From a virus: 64,000 bases of DNA. This document shows positions 31,558 to 41,786 of the stretch, piece by piece. A model generated the notes under the pieces. That model searched no databases and had not been told where the DNA came from. It saw nothing but the letters and a program-made list of their open reading frames with translations. The stretch is from positions 1-64,000 of the IMG/VR virus record IMGVR_UViG_3300002026_000069; one strand, 5' to 3'. The translations under genes and the position numbers were made by a program. Numbering within the stretch: the stretch's first letter is position 1; every line of letters starts with the position of its first letter.

Positions 31558-31877
31558 AATTTCTCTCCAACGCGAAGAACGAATTCTTGGCGTTCGAATA
31601 GTTCATTTAGAGTGGAATAATAAATTTTCAACTTCCAACGTCTTTTTCCCGCTGTGATTTCAGCATGAATTGCTATTCCTTCAATATCAGTTAACGCTTC
31701 CCTAAATTGCTCAAATAAAGGTTGGGTTACTGGATTGATGGTGACATAGCAGTAATCTTTCCCATGTCCATCACAAGAGAACATGGTTCTGAACAACGGG
31801 CCTAGATGTCGGTTGGCATACCAAATGAAATACCTAACATTGGAGTCAATGGTTCCAAGGATCTTTTCATTTAGCAT
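31509..31877 (-). CDS. Hypothetical protein
   Basis: GAGG SD; TMFSCDGH motif. Confidence 0.6.
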   Translation of the reverse strand: MLNEKILGTIDSNVRYFIWYANRHLGPLFRTMFSCDGHGKDYCYVTINPVTQPLFEQFREALTDIEGIAIHAEITAGKRRWKLKIYYSTLNELFERQEFVLRVGEKLCRKSTFKNSLKSPSK

Positions 31878-31952
31878 TCAGGACCTCTGTTTGTTTTAGA
31901 AACTAAAACATCACAAAAGGGATCAGTTAAGATCCCCTTTGTGATTGGGCAG

Positions 31953-33197
31953 TCAGTGGTCCTGATTCTCATGAGCCTTGGAAGTGTTCTCCAAGCCCAC
32001 CTGGATTGCGGACATTATACCCACAATTTTTTGGGCGATTTCCGTTTCGAAGTTCAAGGCGATCTTCAGCTTGGTAGCTGCGTACTCCAATTGCTTCGAA
32101 ATGATCATGTGCAGCTTGCGTGAGCAATCGGGCTGATTCATGATGAGTTCAGCCTTTTCGACACACTCAAGAGCATCCTGTTCGTTCATGATGCGCTTGT
32201 CCATCATCCACTTGGCTTTGGCGATGTTATACATGCGGCGCATGTGTAACAGCGTCTGGTCGCCATAGCAGTCTTTGTCGATGAACATGCCGTTAAAATT
32301 GTTTGATACGGAAAAGAGATTCCTATCGACACGAAGCTCCTTCATCTTCGTAGCGAGTCCCTTTGCCCAATCATGGACCTTGAGGCGATACTTCTTGGTT
32401 CCTATGGTATAGATCTTACCATCGTACTCAGCCTTCGTTCCATATGGCTGTCTGTCCAAGATTTCGCTGAAAGTTCCCGTATTCCAGTCCTGATGGGCAT
32501 GAATCTCTTCGGAACCGACATTGATGATCAGCTTCCCGTTAACACGGCTGATGGAATCAATGTCTCTCTTCGGCCACACACGCGGCATGTGATCCTCTTC
32601 GAAGTACATCCCACTGTTCAGAAGGCCCTGAAGGTAGCCTCCGAACTCAGCCTTCAATGGCTTGATGATCTTCTCGTTGCACTCACGGCAGTATCCAGGA
32701 ACACCGTGAAACAGAGGAACCTTCTTCACTTCTCCACAGCAACGGCACTTGCCCTCTGCGAAGTTCTTGGCGCGTTCCAAATCCATGAGGCGAATTGAAG
32801 CGCGAGCGGGAATCGACACAGACTTTTCAAGCTGAATCGATTCCTTGTTGACCTTGAGGATCTTGACGCGAGTGTTATCAAACAGCGCCGAAATGTCAGC
32901 GTGCGTTGCCGAAACGAGATCACCAATAAATGGAATCTCATTTGAGCAGATTGGCTCCTTGAGCCGAACGATAGCCACAACATGGCTATCCATTCTGATA
33001 TCCGCTTTGAATGATCCTTCCTTGAAATCATTCACAGTACCATCCACTTCCAGATGGATGATTCTTTCGACCTTCTCGTTCTCAGTGATAACAAAAGGCT
33101 TCCTACGCACGATGGCACGAGCATCGACATCACTTGTCGATTCGTTTACCAGATTTTTTACTTGATCAGCGAAGCGTTCAACGAGGTTCATTTGCAT
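31953..33197 (-). CDS. Hypothetical protein with a CxxC...CxxC zinc ribbon
   Basis: CRCC...CREC; GC-richer than flanks; class E-like motif at 33253-33261. Confidence 0.7.
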   Translation of the reverse strand: MQMNLVERFADQVKNLVNESTSDVDARAIVRRKPFVITENEKVERIIHLEVDGTVNDFKEGSFKADIRMDSHVVAIVRLKEPICSNEIPFIGDLVSATHADISALFDNTRVKILKVNKESIQLEKSVSIPARASIRLMDLERAKNFAEGKCRCCGEVKKVPLFHGVPGYCRECNEKIIKPLKAEFGGYLQGLLNSGMYFEEDHMPRVWPKRDIDSISRVNGKLIINVGSEEIHAHQDWNTGTFSEILDRQPYGTKAEYDGKIYTIGTKKYRLKVHDWAKGLATKMKELRVDRNLFSVSNNFNGMFIDKDCYGDQTLLHMRRMYNIAKAKWMMDKRIMNEQDALECVEKAELIMNQPDCSRKLHMIISKQLEYAATKLKIALNFETEIAQKIVGIMSAIQVGLENTSKAHENQDH

Positions 33198-33282
33198 CCC
33201 GACGGGATAGAGTGTTCAATGGGTGGTATTCGACTTGAATACCTTCAGAAATATTATATCATAATACTTAGGGAACTTTTTT

Positions 33283-34707
33283 ATGCTTCATAGACAGTTT
33301 GGTAATCTTGATTTGGCTCTTCCATGGAAGAATGATGAGAAGCCAATTTTTCAAGATGTACCAACTACGATGAGAATTGGAATAGTTGAAGAGGTTGATT
33401 CGAAAACTTATGTCATTAAAGTAAGAGATAGCCAAAGTGGACAACGTGGCATCATTTGTGTTATGGCTCAACCTCAGTTTTCCACTCTAGAAAAAACTGG
33501 AGCCTATAATCTACCTATTCCAGAATCTAAAGTCATTTATTACATGGATGGCGGAAATTCTGGAATCATTCTAGGAAATATTGTTAAAGGAACATTTGAT
33601 CCAAAGAAGACACTTGAAGATGGAATTAATGCAAATCCTGGATTTGAATCATTTGTTGATTCTGGATCTTTAGTTGCCGCTGATCTACCATCTGATTTTG
33701 GATGGGTTCCTGGCGATCAAGGATTTATGAATGAACGCGGAAAAATCAAATTAACCACTGCTGGTGTTTTAATTTTAAAGAGTTCACCTTTCTGCTATAT
33801 GTATATGTTACCTGCTAAGCAGGCTCGTCTATCGCATTTCTTATATGATGAAGAACGCGGTATTGGATATTTAAAAAGAAGAAGGTCCTTCTTCACTAAT
33901 CTTACTGGTGCGTCTTTAAATGCTAACTATAAAGTTGAACAGTTAGAGGATATTCCAACTGCACCAGAAGCTGTCATTAGAGAAGAAACAGGATTCTTAG
34001 ATAGAAACGCAGCAGTTAGCTCTGCTAATCACCAATCTGATATGGATATATCAGGACATATATTATCTGCGCTATCATCGGCTGTTGAAGTTCTTAAAGC
34101 TAGAGCTATTCGAAGAACAATGATCGCTAAGACGATAAAAGTACAAGGTCAAAGAACTGTATTCTCTCCAGTATACAAAGAAGAGAAAAGAGTTGATGGA
34201 ACTGTTGTTGAACAAGTAGGTCATCTACCGGGGAAGCCATTCTATAACTTAGAGATTATTAAATCTCCAGTAGGGTATGTACATATAATCTGTAGAGATG
34301 AAAAACAGATGCCAACTGCCGTATTTAAAATGAATGCGATTGACGGGTCAATAAATATCGCAGCTAATGCTTTAACGTTATCATCACTACTTCAACCTCT
34401 AACTATCGTTGGAAGTGCTATAACTCTCAACGCAACCACTTCATTTGAAGTTAATGCGCCTATTATAAATCTGAATGCTTCAGCGCAGTTAGGATTAATT
34501 TCTCAGGGCGCAGCACAACTTGCTGGAGCTATGGTCGATATTAATGCTCAAGCAGCCATGACAATCAATGCGCCTTCGATTAATTCGTATCCAGTACCGG
34601 CTGCACTGCCCCCAGGCGTTCCTGCCGCTGCTCCAGCACCGATTACGGCTGGGATACTTCCTATTATTCAAGACAACTCTCCATTAGACGAAATTGTAGT
34701 AGACTAA
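33283..34707 (+). CDS. Baseplate hub/central spike protein (gp5/gpV-like)
   Basis: N-terminal OB-like GIVEEVD...LPIPESKV...ILG; C-terminal beta repeats (ITLNA..FEVNA..INLNA); TTGAAT-16-TATCAT promoter. Confidence 0.7.
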   Translation: MLHRQFGNLDLALPWKNDEKPIFQDVPTTMRIGIVEEVDSKTYVIKVRDSQSGQRGIICVMAQPQFSTLEKTGAYNLPIPESKVIYYMDGGNSGIILGNIVKGTFDPKKTLEDGINANPGFESFVDSGSLVAADLPSDFGWVPGDQGFMNERGKIKLTTAGVLILKSSPFCYMYMLPAKQARLSHFLYDEERGIGYLKRRRSFFTNLTGASLNANYKVEQLEDIPTAPEAVIREETGFLDRNAAVSSANHQSDMDISGHILSALSSAVEVLKARAIRRTMIAKTIKVQGQRTVFSPVYKEEKRVDGTVVEQVGHLPGKPFYNLEIIKSPVGYVHIICRDEKQMPTAVFKMNAIDGSINIAANALTLSSLLQPLTIVGSAITLNATTSFEVNAPIINLNASAQLGLISQGAAQLAGAMVDINAQAAMTINAPSINSYPVPAALPPGVPAAAPAPITAGILPIIQDNSPLDEIVVD

Positions 34708-34708
34708 C

Positions 34709-35422
34709 ATGGCAAGTTTTATTTGTGTAGGAAGAACTTTTTTATCTACATATGAGCCAAGGTGGACATCTACACCTTTGTATACGCAAGAATTGCCTAC
34801 ATTCTATCTTCCAGATGTTCCAGGCAATGATGAATCATCCACTTTACCATGGATGAGATATAACACGCAGTTATTATCTACACCGATAATGATTCCTGGT
34901 TTTTCGGGTTTGATGGCTATTCCAACGGAATTTCCTCAATTACCTGATGACTTTTGGTTTGCGTTTAAGCCTAGTTTAATTTCCTATTTAACTATTCATG
35001 TTACGTATCCCAATCCAGATCCAATTGATGCTTTGATAAACCCACTTGTAACAGTTGATCAGCATATAGCTCAAGGATTACCAGACTTAGATCCAACTAT
35101 AGTTCCCATTGAACAATGGTTTAGAATCAATGGTCAGCCAGTTGTTACCGCTGGAGACATAATAACATTGGTTTGGAGTGGAAATTATGCAATTCCAGTT
35201 CCAGTTCCAGTTGGACTCGATATTCCTGCAATTACGCCTTTGATGCCTTATCCTCCTTATGATCCAACATGGTCATCTTATTATCCAGTTACAGCTACTA
35301 TAACCGGAGCTTCTCATTGGAAGGTAAACGGTAAACCAATGGCACAAATGGGAATATCAATGGCACCACCCTTAGCTGTTAACTTTTTTTCTGGACAAGC
35401 GTTTCCTTTCTTCTCAGCTTGA
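34709..35422 (+). CDS. PAAR-like spike-tip protein with Pro-rich insertions
   Basis: FRINGQPVVTAGD and ITGASHWKVNGKPMAQMG; follows spike gene. Confidence 0.55.
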   Translation: MASFICVGRTFLSTYEPRWTSTPLYTQELPTFYLPDVPGNDESSTLPWMRYNTQLLSTPIMIPGFSGLMAIPTEFPQLPDDFWFAFKPSLISYLTIHVTYPNPDPIDALINPLVTVDQHIAQGLPDLDPTIVPIEQWFRINGQPVVTAGDIITLVWSGNYAIPVPVPVGLDIPAITPLMPYPPYDPTWSSYYPVTATITGASHWKVNGKPMAQMGISMAPPLAVNFFSGQAFPFFSA

Positions 35423-36030
35423 ATATGAATCACTACGGTTGTATTTACGGACTATTATCACCATCTAATAAATGGTATATAGGACAGACTACTTGTATTG
35501 ATCCAATGAGATATATTACAATTACATATAAGTATGGAAAGGGTGCAGGGAGATGTAAAATTCAAAATGCTATTAATAAATATGGATTCGATTCGTTTAA
35601 GATTTTTATATTTGTTTATTTAGAAGATTCCAAATCTCTAGATTTAGCGGAAACTGGATTCATAGAGCTTTATGATTCTATATCGTATGGTTATAATATA
35701 AAGTTAGGAGGATGTAGTTCTAAGATGTCCGAAGAGACTAAAGAAAAGCTTAGGATCTCGCATACTGGAAAGGTATGTAGTCTAGATACAAGAGAGAAGA
35801 TGAGAAATTCTAGGATAGACTACCTAAGTAATATCTCAAAAGATATTTTAAGTAAAAGATCAGAGAAATATGAGTATGAAGTAAGGAAGCCGGATGGTGA
35901 GTTGATATACACTACGAATCTTTTACAATTCTCAAGAGAAAATAATATTAGATCTAATCATCTCTCGGATAGAGGAATAAGTAGGGGTTGGCGTCTTATA
36001 TCTAAGAAGTCGTTAGACTTGATAGTTTAA
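35419..36030 (+). CDS. GIY-YIG homing endonuclease with NUMOD3-like repeats
   Basis: GCIY...WYIGQT, GYNIKLGG, SEETKEKLR; paralog of 2885..3634. Confidence 0.9.
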   Translation: MNMNHYGCIYGLLSPSNKWYIGQTTCIDPMRYITITYKYGKGAGRCKIQNAINKYGFDSFKIFIFVYLEDSKSLDLAETGFIELYDSISYGYNIKLGGCSSKMSEETKEKLRISHTGKVCSLDTREKMRNSRIDYLSNISKDILSKRSEKYEYEVRKPDGELIYTTNLLQFSRENNIRSNHLSDRGISRGWRLISKKSLDLIV

Positions 36031-36067
36031 CGTTAGTTACTAATATAAATCAGCGAGACAAAATACC

Positions 36068-37681
36068 ATGATTCCAGTAAATCACATCGACTTATTTGTT
36101 CAGCCTGTAAAAGTAGATGTTGAGAAGGTCGCGGAGGTTAAGCTCAGCGATAACATTAATAATTGGGAAACTGAGTTAATCGAACACATAAACAGTGATC
36201 TTCCATATCTAGCTAAGATCCCGTATGAGATCCAGATTAAGCAGAAGGATAAAGAACTAGGCTATGCTCTAGGTTCTATTGTTCTAAAAATCGAAGGTAT
36301 TCAAGCTGCCATTCCGATCATTATTAAGAAGAGAAAACTTCAAGCTCTTGATGTTCTCATGGAAGGCGAAGAGAACGCCACTCCCTTAACTGAAGACACT
36401 CTTATGTCTTTAGTTCAAAAGAAGCAATCACTTGGCAAGTTAACAGATACGAAGAACACTGGACTTGTTGATAGAGTTACAGCCGGTGCTTCAGATGAAT
36501 CTGGACATATGCCACCGAATTATGGCAAGTATACATTTGCTTCGGTAAATAACGCGGATCCTAAAGCCATTAAGGAATATGAGGATCTTCTTAAAGAAGC
36601 TGCCTTCATAGCTGGATTCAAGGCTAAGAATCTTAATGGTCCACAATTATCTTTTAAGCCAAGATTAGTTACAAAAACTGGTGGAATTAAGAAGGTAGCT
36701 GGTCACATCATTAAAGAACCCAAGTCCATTCTAAGCTTATTAGAAAAGACAGGCTCTGCTCTCGTTGTTGATAAGAATAACGAACTCCATAAGGGTTTAT
36801 TCATCGACAATGTAAGAACCCTTGATGGTGAGAAGGTCGCTCAGAAACTCTTCATTACCGATAAGGCTTATGCCTATCAGGAGAAGATCGCTGGACGCGC
36901 TGGATCATTTAAGGTTAGCGGCGAAACGGATTACTCAATTAACGATGAAGTTGTGTTCGTTATTAACGGTGTAGCTACTGAGCCTGTTAAAATAGCAATG
37001 AAAGCTAATGGCGAGAAGCTCGCTTGTGTTAATCATTTTGGTCGTAGATTTAATGCTTATCTAACGAATGTTGATAGCATTGTAAAGACTGCTTCAGGAT
37101 ACTTAATCCCGAAGAAAGCCGCCATTATCAAGCTTGGCAAGCGTATCGTTGCAAGAACTTCTGATGAGGCAATTCTCAAGACTGCTCAAGCTAAGCTTGG
37201 AAATAAGACCTATATCACTTGCGCTCCTGAATCCTATTCATTCAGCAACGAGAAGGTTGGAACATTCAATAATCTTCCTCATCTGAGAATGATGACTCTG
37301 ATGAATGGATTCTATGAGAATGGCGTTGAACTATTAGAACAAGCTGAAAAGACCGGATCAGCGGTTATTTCAGCAATAGATATGGGTGTAGAGAAGAAGG
37401 CTTACAAAGTTCCTAAAGTCCTTTCTATTACCGATTCAGTGAAGCTCGCGGCCAATCTCGCTGATCCTGATTCAGTAGATGCAGTGCTATCACTAGGATT
37501 TATTAACGAAGATAACGTTGCTGATTTCGTAGAGATGGTTCCTCAGTTTGAGGAAGTTGTTAACCATCTTGCTAAGATCCTTATCTCTGTAAGACTTGGC
37601 ATGGCAGGCGATCAAAATGTTATTAAGCATGCCATGAAGTACCTTCAGAGAGTTATCGACAATCTAAAGGCATTAAGATGA
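36068..37681 (+). CDS. K-x-A-rich putative inner-head or core protein
   Basis: About 10 K-x-A motifs; TTGATA-16-TAATAT promoter at 36019-36046. Confidence 0.5.
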   Translation: MIPVNHIDLFVQPVKVDVEKVAEVKLSDNINNWETELIEHINSDLPYLAKIPYEIQIKQKDKELGYALGSIVLKIEGIQAAIPIIIKKRKLQALDVLMEGEENATPLTEDTLMSLVQKKQSLGKLTDTKNTGLVDRVTAGASDESGHMPPNYGKYTFASVNNADPKAIKEYEDLLKEAAFIAGFKAKNLNGPQLSFKPRLVTKTGGIKKVAGHIIKEPKSILSLLEKTGSALVVDKNNELHKGLFIDNVRTLDGEKVAQKLFITDKAYAYQEKIAGRAGSFKVSGETDYSINDEVVFVINGVATEPVKIAMKANGEKLACVNHFGRRFNAYLTNVDSIVKTASGYLIPKKAAIIKLGKRIVARTSDEAILKTAQAKLGNKTYITCAPESYSFSNEKVGTFNNLPHLRMMTLMNGFYENGVELLEQAEKTGSAVISAIDMGVEKKAYKVPKVLSITDSVKLAANLADPDSVDAVLSLGFINEDNVADFVEMVPQFEEVVNHLAKILISVRLGMAGDQNVIKHAMKYLQRVIDNLKALR

Positions 37682-38622
37682 GAAGATCTGAACAGATTCT
37701 TAACACCATAGATGAATTAAGTGCAGCAACAAGAAAAGGCGAATTAAGACGCCTACTAGCTCACGTTGGCGTGGGCGGCGTTGGCGGTGGCTATGTAGGC
37801 CATAAAGTCGATCTTACTGAAAATAATCCTGACTTAAAATTAAGTAAGGGTCAGAGAAAGCTTCAATCCATACTTAAGGGTGCAATAGGTGGCGGAACGC
37901 TTGGAGTTGCAACTGGAGCATTGCACGCTGCTCATTTTAGTGATTCTCAAAATAAAGTAAAAAATAAGTTATTTGGTGAGTTTCATAAAGCTCGCAACGC
38001 AGAAGAAGCCACTGAATGGGCTGAAAGAGAAAAGAGGCGTGCGGATAGAGCAAGGGAATGGGCTGAGAGAGATAGAAAAAGTCAGCAAGAATACGAAGAG
38101 GCTAAAAAGAAATACGACGACACTTTTGATTCTTTCAGAAAAAAGTATAGTGGATCTGGATCTGGATCTGGACAACAAAGACGTAGCTACGAAGACTTCG
38201 CTGGATCAGCTAGATCATCTTATAGATCTAGACAGAAATCCATTCCAGATATCTTTAAGGAAAGAACTGGAGGCGAGATAAAAACTAAGGCTGATCTCAA
38301 GGCTTGGTATAGAAGGAAAGCTAAAGAGCATCATCCAGATAGACATATGCAGGCTCCTGAATTAGTTCGTAAAGAACACGAAGCTAAGTTCAAGGCTGCT
38401 GAAACGCTCCATTCAGAACTTCAAAAGCATCCAGACTTTGATAAGTTTGCCGCTTTGAAGTTAGCTGTTTTAAAAGTTGAAGGCTTATACGCTGATCCTG
38501 AATACCAAAAGGTTCAGAGAAAGTATAATGATGGTAATTTAGAAGATAAGTTCCAATATCACGCCTATAAGCGTGCATTAGATAGAGCTACCTATAATTA
38601 CCATGCTAAAACACACCACTAA
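37678..38622 (+). CDS. J-domain (DnaJ-like) protein with N-terminal glycine-zipper hairpin
   Basis: LKAWYRRKAKEHHPDR...KFK; GxxxG helices; coiled coil. Confidence 0.75.
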   Translation: MRRSEQILNTIDELSAATRKGELRRLLAHVGVGGVGGGYVGHKVDLTENNPDLKLSKGQRKLQSILKGAIGGGTLGVATGALHAAHFSDSQNKVKNKLFGEFHKARNAEEATEWAEREKRRADRAREWAERDRKSQQEYEEAKKKYDDTFDSFRKKYSGSGSGSGQQRRSYEDFAGSARSSYRSRQKSIPDIFKERTGGEIKTKADLKAWYRRKAKEHHPDRHMQAPELVRKEHEAKFKAAETLHSELQKHPDFDKFAALKLAVLKVEGLYADPEYQKVQRKYNDGNLEDKFQYHAYKRALDRATYNYHAKTHH

Positions 38623-38737
38623 GCTTGCGGCTATTAAAGCTGCCATTAAGAAGTATAAACTCACCGCTTTACCTACCTATGGTGGAACAAATCTATCTAT
38701 GGTTAAGAGCGACTTACCAAGGAATGCATATCCATGA
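38603..38737 (+). CDS. 44-aa basic peptide (not in ORF track)
   Basis: MLKHTTKLAAIKAAIKK...; fills the gap, ATGA-coupled to next gene. Confidence 0.5.
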   Translation: MLKHTTKLAAIKAAIKKYKLTALPTYGGTNLSMVKSDLPRNAYP

Positions 38738-39042
38738 ATCTAGAACTTATTGAAGATGCAATTGAGAAGATTGCCGATGGTGCCGCTATGGCTAGGAAGG
38801 CTTTAGGATCGGCTAAATTAATTAAACCTGACACTCAACTCTCTAAGGGTCTTATTACACAAGGAGAGCATAGGAGTAAAATTAAAACTATGCTTTCATC
38901 TGCAAGACTACAGAGAGATAGTAAAGCTGGTAAATTAGCTCCTTTGGGTTCTGGTCATAAAGCGTACCCAGGTGTATATGAAGCTCCAATTAAATATGAA
39001 CACGATGTATCAAGACCTGGATTCTTAAAAGTAATTAAATGA
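38734..39042 (+). CDS. Leader-bearing basic protein
   Basis: MNLELIEDAIEKIA leader. Confidence 0.65.
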   Translation: MNLELIEDAIEKIADGAAMARKALGSAKLIKPDTQLSKGLITQGEHRSKIKTMLSSARLQRDSKAGKLAPLGSGHKAYPGVYEAPIKYEHDVSRPGFLKVIK

Positions 39043-40433
39043 AACCCATCCCAGGCTTCCCTGGCTATCACATCTCTGAGGATGGTAAAATTACCAATCC
39101 TAAAGGGAAGTTGTTAACCAGAAAGGATGCCTGGGAAGGTTATCCAAGAGCGCGTCTAAAGAACGAAGAAGGTAAGTTCGTTAATAGAAAGATTCATCGT
39201 CTTGTAGCCTTGGCACATCTTGGCGTTAACGACGGTGAGATTCGTCATAAAGATAACAACAGAGCTAATGTAGCCGTTCATAATCTTGAGTGGGGAGATA
39301 GATTCTCAAACGCTCAAGATAGATTAGCTCGCGGGTCATATCATCTAAAGACAAAGCTTGTGGGTGGGAAAAGCCTACTTGTCTTAGGTGACGATAAGTA
39401 CCTAGATCCTGAAGCTAAGAAAGTTTATAAGGTTACTGATCATCCTATTGGCGAAGAAGGTGTGATACCTGTAACATCATTAGAGAAGGTTGCATATTAT
39501 CGTAAATATGCTCTCATTGATTTAGATACAGGAAAAATTCAAAGTGGATTAAATACATATGTTAATTCTGAAGAGTTTAGAAAAAGGCATATAGAGAAGA
39601 AGGCTTTCCTACGTCGTTTTTTAAAACCAAATGTAGCTGAACATGCATTTGATGCCGTATCCAGCGTTCAACTGCCTGGAGGTATGATTGGCAATGCAGT
39701 GACATCTGCAAAGCATGCTTATCAAGGCATTAAACCACATTTAGGTGGACCTGAAACATTACTTACTAAGAAGAAGATACTTAAGCCATCACCTGTATTT
39801 AAGGGACTTAACATCCCGTCTGTTCAGCACGGAGTTTACACAAAGAGAGGACTAAAGGAAGTAACTGCTTCTAAGCTATATCCAGAAGCTCATGAGTTAC
39901 TATTTAATAGATTTACTCCTATAGAGCTATTAAAGGGTATTAAGAATAATCGTAAGTTTGACGGTAATTCCATTGATTATATTAAAGCCAACTTCCATCC
40001 AAGGAAGCTTGTAGATAAAGCTAACGCTGGTCATGAAGAGGCAAGAAAACTCGTAAAAGAGTTTGACTATGCAAGATCTGGCTTTGTTAAGAAAGCCGAA
40101 TGGACTTCCAAGAAGAACGCTGATAGTCACGCATTAAAGCATGCAGATGAAATGGGATTAACAAAAGAGCAATATATTGCTCTGGCTAAATCAGCATTGA
40201 ATGATAAGAAGTCTTTAATTAGCATTAGGGGTGATATACATAAGTCTCGTCATGGTAAGAATATTTTAGTTCATAAAGATGGAAAAGTAATTACTTATTA
40301 CTCAAAAGTGGCTTACATTCGTAAAATTAAGAAGGGACTAGAGAGAGGTATTGATAACTTCCAAGATTGGGGTTATCATCAGGATGTCATTCAAACACAT
40401 CAAGATATCAAAGAGAAGCGAAAGAAGAAATAG
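39039..40433 (+). CDS. NUMOD4-HNH endonuclease fused to further modules
   Basis: KPIPGFPGY.IS..G; HRLVA; HKDNNRAN...NLEW; later modules bounded by EKVA, EKKA, KKA, KVA. Confidence 0.75.
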   Translation: MKPIPGFPGYHISEDGKITNPKGKLLTRKDAWEGYPRARLKNEEGKFVNRKIHRLVALAHLGVNDGEIRHKDNNRANVAVHNLEWGDRFSNAQDRLARGSYHLKTKLVGGKSLLVLGDDKYLDPEAKKVYKVTDHPIGEEGVIPVTSLEKVAYYRKYALIDLDTGKIQSGLNTYVNSEEFRKRHIEKKAFLRRFLKPNVAEHAFDAVSSVQLPGGMIGNAVTSAKHAYQGIKPHLGGPETLLTKKKILKPSPVFKGLNIPSVQHGVYTKRGLKEVTASKLYPEAHELLFNRFTPIELLKGIKNNRKFDGNSIDYIKANFHPRKLVDKANAGHEEARKLVKEFDYARSGFVKKAEWTSKKNADSHALKHADEMGLTKEQYIALAKSALNDKKSLISIRGDIHKSRHGKNILVHKDGKVITYYSKVAYIRKIKKGLERGIDNFQDWGYHQDVIQTHQDIKEKRKKK

Positions 40434-40469
40434 ATTTACTTCGCTTGTCTAACATCTACTATATAGTAG

Positions 40470-41306
40470 ATGCTCCCCTATGACCGACTACTGCGTGGGC
40501 TTTTCGTAGTCCACAACAGACGGTTCGACCTCATCTCAAAACAGATGAGATCGTTTGGGATTGCTCTGGCTGAAGATGTTCTGGAAAGTTACTACCACCA
40601 AGAGTTTATAACACTCCTGGCTGATGAGGACCAGATTTTTTTCAGCGGATCTGAGTTTCATTCGGTTCATCCGAATGTCCTAAAGAAGATCGTGGTTCAG
40701 TTAGACATCGGGGCATACTTCAGCCCCCGTTGGGATATATCTCGCTTTGAGAATATCTATCGTAATAGATTATTACAAAGACATATCGAAGCTTCGTTCA
40801 TAGGTAAGTTAAACTCTGAGACAATCTCACAAGATATCTTAGATACATATCAGATCGAAGTTCCCATTCCTCTGATAGCAGAGTATAGAAGACTCTTCAT
40901 CGATCTAAGCTGTGTAAAGAACCAGGACGACTGGTTTTTTTACATGAGAACTCTTCCAAGAGATGAACAACTATTCCGTAATGCTGTAATTACACAGCCT
41001 TCGGAATATGTCCGTTGGAAGCTAGGATGCAAGGTTTACATTGATCCTCTTGAAGCAACCAGACAAATCGCAACTGATATGTTCTGGAAGTACAAAGAGA
41101 GTCTTACGGATCAGACCATGCAAGGGCTTGAAACCACTCGGCGTGTGGCTGAGTTGGCGTTTAAGGCTATTGATCGCGTCCATAAGATTGATAAAGACAA
41201 GAAGCCTCTTAATAAGGCCAAGAACTTCAACCAGTTACTTCTCTCCTTTGGTGGGGCAGATGAGACTACGGTTGACGATCTACGCATTCCTACTAATAAT
41301 GGGTAA
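40470..41306 (+). CDS. Hypothetical helical protein upstream of terminase (small-subunit candidate)
   Basis: Position only; TTTACT-16-TACTAT leaderless promoter. Confidence 0.45.
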   Translation: MLPYDRLLRGLFVVHNRRFDLISKQMRSFGIALAEDVLESYYHQEFITLLADEDQIFFSGSEFHSVHPNVLKKIVVQLDIGAYFSPRWDISRFENIYRNRLLQRHIEASFIGKLNSETISQDILDTYQIEVPIPLIAEYRRLFIDLSCVKNQDDWFFYMRTLPRDEQLFRNAVITQPSEYVRWKLGCKVYIDPLEATRQIATDMFWKYKESLTDQTMQGLETTRRVAELAFKAIDRVHKIDKDKKPLNKAKNFNQLLLSFGGADETTVDDLRIPTNNG

Positions 41307-41318
41307 CAGGAACCAATC

Positions 41319-41786
41319 ATGTCATTAGAACTTATTGAGCAAGCAATCGAAAAAGTAGCATTCTTACCCGCTGGGTCAGGTGCGGTACTCAAGGGAGCCT
41401 TCTCAAAGGGTTCTACCTGGAAGGGCATCGGAACTAGAGCCGCAATCGGCGCTGGTGTCGGAGGCGTAGGAAACGTACTTCTTGGCGATAAAGATCAATC
41501 AGTCATGGAACGCGCTACAAAGGGCGCTGTTGGTGGTGGATTGGTTGGTGGACTCTATGGAGCGGGTCGTGCTGCTCATGGAGCCATTAGGGGTGATGCC
41601 GTAGGTAAGGTTCGTAGTGCAGTGAGACAAAATAGATTCGTGAATAATGATCAAATTCACGGAACTATGGGAAATAGAAACGCCGATCAATTAGCTAGAT
41701 ATCAATCTGACTTAAAGGCTCATAAAGCTACGATTAGAGCCAAGATGAATCCAAGTGCAACTCCAGCACCAGCCGCCGCTCCTTAA
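41319..41786 (+). CDS. Leader-bearing glycine-zipper protein
   Basis: MSLELIEQAIEKVA leader; GAGVGG...GAVGGGLVGG. Confidence 0.65.
   Translation: MSLELIEQAIEKVAFLPAGSGAVLKGAFSKGSTWKGIGTRAAIGAGVGGVGNVLLGDKDQSVMERATKGAVGGGLVGGLYGAGRAAHGAIRGDAVGKVRSAVRQNRFVNNDQIHGTMGNRNADQLARYQSDLKAHKATIRAKMNPSATPAPAAAP

Noticed and set aside
32373-33165. Plus-strand ORFs 32373 and 32845, and the many short antisense ORFs inside large genes
   Set aside because: Shadows of genes with better signals on the other strand or frame
38151-38172. (TGGATC)n microsatellite as a phase-variation switch
   Set aside because: In-frame hexamer encoding an SG linker
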